This document shows positions 20,520-30,008 of a stretch of DNA of 64,000 nucleotides, in pieces (position 1 is the stretch's first letter; the number at the start of each line of letters is the position of its first letter). The stretch is from assembly GCA_044892525.1 (NCBI GenBank), contig CM097887.1:80764397-80828396 (forward strand), in the 5' to 3' direction. Position numbers and translations under genes: made by a program. The notes under the pieces were generated by a model. The model saw only the letters and a program-made list of their open reading frames with translations, did not search any database and was not told the origin of the DNA. Origin of the DNA: Schmidtea polychroa (lineage: Eukaryota).

Positions 20520-20900
20520 TTTTTAAAACCCTTCTAATTCTTGAAATATATCACTTCTCATTGTGGTACCTTTCAATGGTATCAAGGTTAGAAATTCTTC
20601 ATTTACATTAAGTTTACTATCAACCCCTCTAATGAAAACTGCACAGTGTGAGGTATCTACCCATCAATACTCTCATCAAGAGCGATTGAATATGCTTTAA
20701 AATCTTTAGACTTTTCAAGCAATTGTTTTTTCACATTATCTGCTAAATCTGCTACCCTTTTAGCAATTGTATTGGCAGATAAACTTATACCTTCGAAAAG
20801 TTTCTTTTTATCAAGAATTAAAATTTCGCTGACAATCAAAAGACATTCTTTTATGAATGGATCTTCTGTGAAAGTTCGCGATAGTGATTTCAATACAGGA
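20520..20900 (-). pseudogene. Buster/SPIN-type hAT transposase, N-terminal catalytic part
   Basis: FIKECL, ISLSANT.AKR..DLA, YSIALDES, FIRGVD, EEFL.LIPLKGTT; contiguous in protein order with the 17076-18010 fragment. Confidence 0.85.
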
Positions 20901-21838
20901 CCAAAATTTCTTTACCGGTATTACGGTATTGTTGGGTTTTTAATTGAGTCAGCTATCTCTTTGACTCCTCGTGTTCTTATTCAGCCAAATAACTCAAACC
21001 CAACACAGAATACTTTTTATTAAATCTTAATCACAATTACAATTTGTCACTATTTGCACCTTTCTCTCTCTGATAAATTCCACTCGATAAGGTAGAAAAA
21101 CCCAAGGGGTGAGCACTTATTCTGGTTCGAGTCTTACTATATTTCTCCTTCAAATTAATGATCGCCGGATTGTGCTTCTTTGTTTTCTTTTTTCTATCTT
21201 CGACCAATCTTCACTTCTAAACATACTTTTCATAAGAGGCCAATTATCTCGAAAAGTGCGCTAGATTATCCTAAATCAATATTTTTGGGTTTCTAATTTG
21301 TTTACCTTTGATTAGGGCTCAAAATATTTCTATTTCTATCTCACTTTTTGGGTCTCACTGCGAATTGGGTTTCCTATGGCACTCGGGTTTTCCATTACCG
21401 ATTAATTAATTTTAATTAATTTGTTTTTTCGTATTAACTTTGTCTATGAACACCTTATTAAATTTTTATTATAATATCTGAATTCGTCTACCAATTTGGC
21501 GTTCAACCATACCCGATGACCCCGTTTAATATTGATTTTTGATTTTTAGTAAATTTTAATTAATTTTCCACTTTTATTGCTTTTACCCGTTTTTTTTATG
21601 TTTTCGTTTTATATATGAATTTTTGGTTTTTGCGCTAACCGCAACAGTATTGAAAAATACACTACCGGGATCCCGGTATTTATACCTGTATTGGATGTTC
21701 ATAGTAAAAATGTATAAAAAGATAGATTGCTGAATTATAAATCATTTTTTATTCTTTTTTTAATAATGTTACACTATAAAGTATGGATATCATTAAAACT
21801 AATTTTAAAAAATTATTAGGAAATTATGGGAAATTTTT

Positions 21839-22654
21839 TTATTTTTGAGTGTTGAGAAAATATGCTTTTAAGAAGCATAAATGATCCAACAAGTCATTAT
21901 TCTGACGGTTACGCAGCTTATTATAGAAATTTGCTGTTGAAGAGAATGCTCTTTCTGATTCAAAGCTTGTTGGTCTTATTGTCAACAAATGTTCATAAAC
22001 AAGAGTTAACAAAGAACCTCGGTAACCGGTATCAATAAACATTGTAAGTTCTCTTTTTAATGATTTCATTCTATTTAAATCATGAATATGCATGCCTAAT
22101 TTTTCCTTAGTTAGATGCTGTGTAATATTCTGGTGCAAATTTTCCGAATCAGAATCATTTTCGGATAATTCATGTTCATCATCAAGAGATTGATTTGACA
22201 AACGTTCCAAGAGACGATATTTAATATCGTTTGTTGAGAAGCTTTAGGAAAAATAGCATTGTTTGAGATTTTCCTTCCAAAATGTAAATAATCCAAGACA
22301 TTAGATAAAACTGCTCAACGTTCCGAAAAATGACGTGTGAGACTTTCTTTTAGAGCCATGAATAACACATTATCATTATGCAAGTTATTGATAGTAAATG
22401 ACAATGTTGCATCTGCAGTTAAAAGATTTGCTTCACTTTTGCATAAAGCATTCATTGCGGAATTAACGGGTGATAGAGCTGTTATTGCAGTTGATATTAT
22501 TTCTATATATAATTCACTTAACTCTATGTCGCTATGAAGGTCAGTCAACAATTTCTTAATGTAATTTTTTAGCAAATAAAATCGTTCAAGCATTAAAATA
22601 ATCAAGTTTCAGCGAGTCTTAAAATCCAGAAGAAGCTGCAACTCTTTACCATGT
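21839..22654 (-). pseudogene. hobo-like hAT transposase fragment, split by the Gypsy insertion (continues at about 35585-35680)
   Basis: PTSFESERAFS...DHLCFLKAYF dimerisation domain; LDFKTR*N; removing the element and one ATGT restores ...CVKKHGKELQLLLDFKTR. Confidence 0.8.
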
Positions 22655-23384
22655 TGTTGGATGACAGAGGAAGAAGAATTGAAGAGTTTGAACTAACACA
22701 CTACTATAGAACGGGCAGCAACAAGTTCAGAGTCAATATCTATGTGGAACCCAGGCAACCAAAGCCGGACAATTCAAAATATTGACGATTATGTGTTTAC
22801 TTTATTCATGCTGTGTCATTTGGACTATCCTTTATTTTACTTATTTTATTTCTTTATGATATTATTGGTGTATATATTAATTCTATAGAAGTTTGTACAT
22901 ATTTTTGAGTAGCTGTTAATTTTTATTTAATATATCTTTCCGTATACATTTAATATTTTTATAAAAGGGTAAATTAAATCATTAATAATTAGTTTTATAA
23001 GTAGAGATAAATAATATAATGAAATAATAATAATACTATAAAATAATTAGAAATCTAAATTTTGTTAAAATAATGCACGCAAGTTGTAAGGAAAAATAAT
23101 TGTAATTATTAAATAATAGAGTAAGAAAAACATCTGGTTAAATAATATCTGTTAGAGTATTAAGGAAAAACAGAACAAACACATAACATTCACACAGTAC
23201 ATACAAGCATATTCGGTTGGATATTTAAAGGATTTTTTTGGATTTTTGTAATCTAGCAAACAAATTCATATTTGGTAAATTTTTCATTATAATAAAAGTT
23301 ATATAAATTACTTCGTCTTTTGATATAATTGTACGTATATAAGAACCAGTAAGTTGAGTGTTCCCGAATATCGAGACCTCAACA
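22655..23384 (+). repeat. Gypsy 5' LTR (730 bp; lacks about 233 bp present in the 3' LTR)
   Basis: Near-identical to 34618-35580 apart from the internal deletion and a few substitutions. Confidence 0.95.
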
Positions 23385-23386
23385 TT

Positions 23387-23404
23387 TGGTGCCGCGAACC
23401 GGGA
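23387..23404 (+). promoter_or_regulatory. Primer-binding site (tRNA-Phe- or tRNA-His-like)
   Basis: tggtgccgcgaaccggga 2 nt after the LTR; TGG start complementary to tRNA CCA. Confidence 0.85.
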
Positions 23405-23625
23405 CTTTAAAATCAATTATTGTTATTCACAATTTGGGGGATAGGAATTGAGATCAGAGGGTATAGTATTTTATATTGGGAAAATATATTTATAAAAAAA
23501 CAATATCATTGACCAATTTTTAAATAAATAAATTCAGTTTTGAAAATTATTAAATAATTCAAAAAGATAAAATAGATAATCAACCAGAAATAGTTTATAA
23601 TCTCAGAAATAGAATAGTCTATAGG

Positions 23626-25272
23626 ATGAATAATAATAATAATAATTACATAAAAATTTTACCAGTAGAACCATATAGAGGAGAGCCTGAAAAGTTCGAC
23701 GATTTTTTCACTGAGATCGCTCAGTATGCAGAAGCTTGTGGTTGGACACCTGATGAATTAAAAATGAGAATCCCATTATACTTAAAAGGCTATGCGTTAC
23801 AGGCATACAATAACTTAGAATGTAAAGGGAATAATTTTGATCAACTCGTAAGATATCTGAGAGCAGAAATAGTAATCGATAGCGATTTACAAAAGATAAA
23901 TGTTCAAAAATTTAGAAACAGATATCAAGGTACTAGAGAATCAGTTGGTGAATATGTATATACGATTACGGAGTTAGCGAAAAAGGCATTTGGTGCGGGC
24001 GAGCACACAGCAAAGTTAATTGAGGATCAGTTTTGGAATGGTATACAAAAATATTTATATAAAGCATTAATTATGGTAGAATATGGTAATTTAAATGAAT
24101 TAGTTCATAAAGCTAAACGTATAGAAGCAATACAACGAGATAGATTTAGCTCACATGTAGATGCAATGGAAATTCAAAAACCCATCGAGGTAAAATCTGA
24201 GTTGGGTAAGTCAGATGACAACATTCCCTGGGAGGAGATGAAGCAACTATATTTAAACTTTGTAAAAAATAGACGAAGGGTAAGCCCGAGTCCGGATAGA
24301 AGTCAATCGCCTGAAAACAGGAGGAGGTTTGATAATGTGAGAAACAGAAACTTTGAGAATAGAAACAATAGAAACACTTTTGATAGAGATAATCGATATG
24401 AATACAATAGAACTAATTATACGAGAGATAATCGAGTCGATTTTAGTAGAAATAATTTGAGAAATAATAAATATGATAGAAGTAATAGATATGATAATAG
24501 AGATAATACAAATGATTTGAGACGTAGACAGACAAGTCCATATAGACAGAATTCATATAGAGAAAGGCGAGCAAGCCCTTATAATAATGATGGTAGAGAT
24601 AAAGTAAATTTTAATGGACAGATCAAATGTTATAATTGCCAAAAATATGGTCACTTAGCTAAAGTATGTAACAATGCGCGAAGCGAATCGCCTAATAGAG
24701 TGAGATTTAAAAATGAGCCTGAGATAAAACAAATTAATAGTGCTGAGTTGATATCAGCTAATGAGGAAATAAACAGTTTGAGAGAGGAATTAAAAGAATT
24801 TAAAACTCAATATGGGAGACTTATTGAGAGAAAGTTAGAAATGTCATTAAATGAGTTTCAGTGTTTTACTAATGATGTAGATATAGATAATGATGAGTTT
24901 CGCGAAGCAAGAGAAGCGGATGAGAAATTTCTTGCAGAAGCAAATAGATGTAAAGAATTAAAAGAGGAATTGAAAGAGACATTAGAGAAATGGCCTTATG
25001 ATGACAATGAGACATTGCGTATAATAAATAGAGTTCAAGTCGAAGGAATTGACTTAGAATATTTGAGAAATTTGATACCACTAATGGTAAAGAGGCAAAA
25101 TATGACAAGAGTATTTGAACTAGAAATAGAATTGAAAGAAATGATAAAGTGTTATGGTGAATTTGTGAGAAAAATTCAGAAATTACATGAGTCATTGAAT
25201 ATAACTATTGAGGCAAAGGACCTTTCGAGAATACTTATGGTAGTACAGGGGTACATGTTTGCACAAAAGTGA
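23626..25272 (+). CDS. gag: Gypsy Gag with RS/RD-rich region, zinc knuckle and coiled-coil C-terminal extension
   Basis: EPYRGEPEKFDDF...ACGW, Q..RESVGEY, CYNCQKYGHLAKVC. Confidence 0.92.
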   Translation: MNNNNNNYIKILPVEPYRGEPEKFDDFFTEIAQYAEACGWTPDELKMRIPLYLKGYALQAYNNLECKGNNFDQLVRYLRAEIVIDSDLQKINVQKFRNRYQGTRESVGEYVYTITELAKKAFGAGEHTAKLIEDQFWNGIQKYLYKALIMVEYGNLNELVHKAKRIEAIQRDRFSSHVDAMEIQKPIEVKSELGKSDDNIPWEEMKQLYLNFVKNRRRVSPSPDRSQSPENRRRFDNVRNRNFENRNNRNTFDRDNRYEYNRTNYTRDNRVDFSRNNLRNNKYDRSNRYDNRDNTNDLRRRQTSPYRQNSYRERRASPYNNDGRDKVNFNGQIKCYNCQKYGHLAKVCNNARSESPNRVRFKNEPEIKQINSAELISANEEINSLREELKEFKTQYGRLIERKLEMSLNEFQCFTNDVDIDNDEFREAREADEKFLAEANRCKELKEELKETLEKWPYDDNETLRIINRVQVEGIDLEYLRNLIPLMVKRQNMTRVFELEIELKEMIKCYGEFVRKIQKLHESLNITIEAKDLSRILMVVQGYMFAQK

Positions 25273-28200
25273 ATAAAGTGAAACAGATGGCCAGAGCAAA
25301 TTGGCCCGAGAAATTGGGAGATAATGATAAAGTGAAACTGTATTTTAACGGCGTAGAAATGATGAATAATGAATATATAATTGACTATGGAGTAAACGTC
25401 ATTGATAACAATATTATTTCTGCAGTAATAGAAAGGCAAGAAAGTAAAGAAATTGATACACCAACTCCATCAGTAGAATTGAGTATAAATGACGAAAATG
25501 ACTATGATAAATTATTTAGATTGTGGGATGCTTCTTCAGGAGGAGCAATGAGGTCACCAACAGTTAGCGATGAAATCTTTAAACCTATTGATACTAAATA
25601 TGATAATTTACATGAGACAATAGAAAAAATTGCGAAACAAGCAAATATGCAGGACGCAGAGACGATGAGACGAGGTAGAGGAAGGCCTCGAAAATCTGAA
25701 ATAGCCGAAAAGTCAGATGACAGAAAGGCAGCAGAGCGTTTAAGAGATATTGCAAATAATATGAGACAGGAAGTCCCAAAAAATCAGGATAATGACAAAG
25801 ATATAAAGATGATAACTGAGTTAGTTAAAGCAATGAATATGAGACGATTTCCGGAAGCAAAACCATCAGCGTTAATAGAAAATATAGTTAAAAAGATTAA
25901 ATTAATGGAAAAAGAGATTAGAGAATTGAGTGCAGAGGAAGCAAATGAAGAGACAGTGTTAAAGATATTATTTACAACAGGAGTTAATCGAGATAAAGTG
26001 ATTACGGCAATGGCATATTTAATAGCAAGATACAAGAAACTTTTGCGATTGAATCCAAAGAATCAAATAGAAAATATCGCTAAAATGATATATAATAAAT
26101 TAAAGATAGATGCTATGCCATGGATAAAATTAAAGGGAGGATGGAAAATACTGTATGATGAGAGTCTAATCGAAAGTGCTCAGGAAAGCGTAGAAGATAA
26201 TATTAATGTAGAAATAGATGATACGGAGGAAACAGTAAAAAATCTAGTAAATAAAACAACTATGAAACCAAGTCAAAAAGAAAGAAAGTCGACAATGTCA
26301 ATAGTAATTATAGTAATAACATTGTTATTAGATCTGATAAAAGGGAATAATGCGATCATAGCGTATGACTGTCAGAATCCCAAGTGGGGACAAAAATATT
26401 CATTGCTGGATGTAGAAAATTGCCCAGAGGCTAATCCAACAAAATTAATTGTAGCAGACCCCAAGATTTTCCATATATATCAGGAATCTGATTTCATTCA
26501 CACTGAGGCAGGAGAATGTATCGTTAAATATTCAGAGGAAAGTTTTGTATGTAATAAAATAGCGAGAACAATATTAACTCCAACATGGGCACCAGAAGCA
26601 ATAATAATAACGCCAGTTGAATGCGAAAATGCATTTAAAACAAAAAAGATAAAAACGCCGGATGGATTTGAGTTAGATGCTCAGGTAGGAGCACGAGTTA
26701 GACAATTAGTAAATGTCGTGGGATGGTCATCAACAGGAGGATATTGTGAAGGAGGAAGGTATAAAATATGGGGGCATGTGGCAGACAATATTGTAGTGAG
26801 ACGGCAGTATTATATTGAATTAAGGAAATTCAAAGCGTCATTTGATAGTTCATCAAAGAAAATGATGACACATAAGTTCTGCACATTAGAGGAGACAAGC
26901 TGTGATACAGGCGAGTCAATGATCATATACAGAGTGAATAAATACGAATGCCATCTAACTAAATTAAAGACACTGAAATTCAGAACGATACGAGGTAAAC
27001 AGTTTACGGATGTAGAATCCAAGAGCATCAAAGACCAAAAACGACGAGCAACGATAATTCAAGAGAGAGATACCCCAACAATATACATATCAGATTCTGA
27101 AACAGAGGCGATGAGATTTGTAGGAAAAGGTGAAAGCATAAAATGTGGCAAGGCAGTCGTACAAACAAATTATTATATCAGCGGAAGTGAAATTAAAGAG
27201 GCAAAATCGAGAATAGATAAATTCGACGTCAAGCTAGCATCATATTTTAATAATAAAATTGACTATTTCTATCATCATCAGTTAGTACAATTGGACAAGG
27301 TGTACCAAGCAACTATCGCAAACGATTGTAAACTTAATAGAGAAATATTAAGGACAAAGATGGCGGTTGCAGTCACAAACCCAGATTTAATGGCACCAAT
27401 TTTATTTGCAGAAAAAGGGACATTTGCAAGAGTTGTCGGTGAAGTGATACAAACATTTCAGTGTAAACCGGTTAGCGTATCGTTAGCAACGAATAATAAG
27501 TGCACAAACGAATTGCCAGTAGTGTATAAAGGAGAAACTGTATACCTCCAACCAATAACAAGGATATTAACAGATAAAGACTATGTTCCGAGAAAAATTG
27601 ATAAATGTACTAATCTATTAGATCCATTATACAAAATAAATGATGATATGTGGATTACAATGTCAGATAGAAAAGAAGCGACTAAACCACAAAAACTAGA
27701 ACTAACTGAACTTGAGAAAAAGTTAGAATTTCAGGAAGTCAACGAAATGGATAACAATGGGATGTATACGAGAGAGGCGATAGAGAGCGCCAGAAAACAT
27801 ATGTTATTTCCTCATGAAAAAGAAAAAGTTCTTTCTATCATGGTAAACAAAATCATCGAAAATGGTTATGGAGGAAATTACAACTTTGATGTATTATTAT
27901 CAAAAGAGCACTTCGAGAAAGTTGTGTATAGAGTATTATACAGCATATGGGGATATTTTGCGATTCTCGGAAATACGTTTTCCACTATATTGGGTATATA
28001 TTATACAGTAGCACTATTGAAAATGATTTGCTCATCATTAGTTTCGTTAAGACAACTGAGACAAGTTTTTGGTAATTCATATAAAATGATAGCATGTTTA
28101 TGTCCATTCATAGCCAAATATTTGATCACTGCGAGGTACGATAAGGAAATCAAACGGATGAAAAGTCGAAGGGAAGAGGGTGAAATAATGATCACCAATG

Positions 28201-30008
28201 AGAAAGAGGACGATACAAACAGATCAGAAAATATTGAGCAACCACATATTGGGTTATATGATAATCAAAGAGAACAATTGACAGAATTGAGAAATAATAT
28301 TGAAATTAGAATCCCAGGTGAAAATGGTAATTGTCATTGTGTTCCAAGGAAAACTTATGGATGTTACGGGTTAGAACTTGACGATATATTAGAAGGGTTA
28401 AATGAAGCAAGGCCTAAATTACAAATAGTGATAAATGATACGATAATAAAGACATTATGTGACACAGGAGCAGCAGCTTCTATGATTCGTGAAGATCAGT
28501 TAACCAGAAACCAAAAGAAAAATATCGTGAGCACACGAGATAGATTAATTTCATTATCATCACATTACATACCATTAAAAGGCGATATCGAATTAACAGT
28601 CCACTTTTCAGATCAAGTGGTAGAACATGTCTTCAAGGTAGTAGCAGAGTGTAAATGCGTATGTGTCCTTGGGATGGATATACTCAAAAAGTTAAAAAAC
28701 TGTGTAATCGATTTAACGGATAGCACAGTCAAACGCAAGGCAATATATCAAGACGCAAGATTTACTGAAGTAATTGCATTAGAGACATTTGAACTAGAGT
28801 ATCAAAGTGATCATATAATTCCAGTAAAAGTTAATGTTAAAAGTGAGGACACTTTCATTTTCGAGCCTGAAACGGCAATATCACGAAATCATAACGTAAT
28901 GTTAACAGACGAGTGTGTAATTCCAAATAATGGGATAATTCCAATAAGAATCGCGAATTACGAAAGAAATAAAGTAAAAATTCATAAAGGTACAAAATTG
29001 GGAAAGTTGTTCAAAGGTGAATTAGAGCAAACATTTGAAGTATGTGAGATGTCGATGACGAAGGATGTCAGTGAAAGAATGGTCGAACAGAGTAGAGCGA
29101 ATAATATCAAATTTTATGATAAAATTAAAATAAATAATAATTATCTAAATGAAACACAACAACTACAACTACAAATATTACTTGACGAATACAGTGATGT
29201 TTTTGCAAAACACGAATTTGATTTAGGAGATACTGACATTATCAAACATGTAATCGATACAGGGAATGCTAGACCAATAAAACAGAGACCCTATAGTGTA
29301 CCATATAAACTGAGGGAGGAAATAAAACGACAAATTAAAGAATTAAAAGAGGCAGGCGTAATAAAACAAAGTTTTTCACAATGGGCATCACCTATCGTAC
29401 CAGTTAGAAAGAAAGACGGGGAAATTCGAATGTGCATTGATTATCGTAAATTAAATGATGTAACAGTAAAAGACTCATACCCATTCCCAAAAGCACAAGA
29501 ACAATATGATAAACTTAGAGATACTAAATATTTCACAGTAATAGATGCAAATAAAGGCTACATGCAAATTCAAATGGAAGAGGGGGATGCGGAAAAGACA
29601 GCTTTTGTGATAGAAGATGGTTTATATGAATATACAAGATTACCTTTTGGGTTAACTAATGCGCCAGCAACATTTCAACGTTTAATGAATACAGTATTAG
29701 TAGACGTACAACATTGCGCAGTATATATGGATGATATATTAATTTCATCAAAAACATTTGAGGAACATCTAAAAGATATAGCTAACGTACTAGAAAGATT
29801 AAAAAAAGCAAAAATCAAAATAAAACCCACTAAGTGTAAATGGGCAGAACCTTCAGCATTATTCTTAGGACATATAGTTACAGTAGATGGTATAATACCT
29901 AATCCCGATAAAATTGAAGTAGTTAAAAAATTCCCAGTTCCAAAAACATTACAACAAGTACAGGGATTTTTAGGTCTCACAGGATATTATCGCAAATTCA
30001 TACAATAA
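25269..30008 (+). CDS. env-pol: Polyprotein part 1: AT-hook region, signal-like segment, chuvirus-like class III glycoprotein, TM, protease, RT
   Basis: RRGRGRPRK; MSIVIIVITLLL...AYDC...YSLLDVENC; GEV..FQCKPV.V, LPV, GMYT...MLFP; CDTGAAAS; YMDD. Confidence 0.88.
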   Translation: MNKVKQMARANWPEKLGDNDKVKLYFNGVEMMNNEYIIDYGVNVIDNNIISAVIERQESKEIDTPTPSVELSINDENDYDKLFRLWDASSGGAMRSPTVSDEIFKPIDTKYDNLHETIEKIAKQANMQDAETMRRGRGRPRKSEIAEKSDDRKAAERLRDIANNMRQEVPKNQDNDKDIKMITELVKAMNMRRFPEAKPSALIENIVKKIKLMEKEIRELSAEEANEETVLKILFTTGVNRDKVITAMAYLIARYKKLLRLNPKNQIENIAKMIYNKLKIDAMPWIKLKGGWKILYDESLIESAQESVEDNINVEIDDTEETVKNLVNKTTMKPSQKERKSTMSIVIIVITLLLDLIKGNNAIIAYDCQNPKWGQKYSLLDVENCPEANPTKLIVADPKIFHIYQESDFIHTEAGECIVKYSEESFVCNKIARTILTPTWAPEAIIITPVECENAFKTKKIKTPDGFELDAQVGARVRQLVNVVGWSSTGGYCEGGRYKIWGHVADNIVVRRQYYIELRKFKASFDSSSKKMMTHKFCTLEETSCDTGESMIIYRVNKYECHLTKLKTLKFRTIRGKQFTDVESKSIKDQKRRATIIQERDTPTIYISDSETEAMRFVGKGESIKCGKAVVQTNYYISGSEIKEAKSRIDKFDVKLASYFNNKIDYFYHHQLVQLDKVYQATIANDCKLNREILRTKMAVAVTNPDLMAPILFAEKGTFARVVGEVIQTFQCKPVSVSLATNNKCTNELPVVYKGETVYLQPITRILTDKDYVPRKIDKCTNLLDPLYKINDDMWITMSDRKEATKPQKLELTELEKKLEFQEVNEMDNNGMYTREAIESARKHMLFPHEKEKVLSIMVNKIIENGYGGNYNFDVLLSKEHFEKVVYRVLYSIWGYFAILGNTFSTILGIYYTVALLKMICSSLVSLRQLRQVFGNSYKMIACLCPFIAKYLITARYDKEIKRMKSRREEGEIMITNEKEDDTNRSENIEQPHIGLYDNQREQLTELRNNIEIRIPGENGNCHCVPRKTYGCYGLELDDILEGLNEARPKLQIVINDTIIKTLCDTGAAASMIREDQLTRNQKKNIVSTRDRLISLSSHYIPLKGDIELTVHFSDQVVEHVFKVVAECKCVCVLGMDILKKLKNCVIDLTDSTVKRKAIYQDARFTEVIALETFELEYQSDHIIPVKVNVKSEDTFIFEPETAISRNHNVMLTDECVIPNNGIIPIRIANYERNKVKIHKGTKLGKLFKGELEQTFEVCEMSMTKDVSERMVEQSRANNIKFYDKIKINNNYLNETQQLQLQILLDEYSDVFAKHEFDLGDTDIIKHVIDTGNARPIKQRPYSVPYKLREEIKRQIKELKEAGVIKQSFSQWASPIVPVRKKDGEIRMCIDYRKLNDVTVKDSYPFPKAQEQYDKLRDTKYFTVIDANKGYMQIQMEEGDAEKTAFVIEDGLYEYTRLPFGLTNAPATFQRLMNTVLVDVQHCAVYMDDILISSKTFEEHLKDIANVLERLKKAKIKIKPTKCKWAEPSALFLGHIVTVDGIIPNPDKIEVVKKFPVPKTLQQVQGFLGLTGYYRKFIQ

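Noticed and set aside
21124-21133. GGTTCGAGTC B-box, suggesting a tRNA or SINE
   Set aside because: No A-box at suitable spacing and no cloverleaf stems seen.
23225-23416. Antisense ORF at the LTR end (also 35421-35639 and 50089-50307)
   Set aside because: Its N-terminus changes with whatever flanks the LTR, so it is a chance frame.
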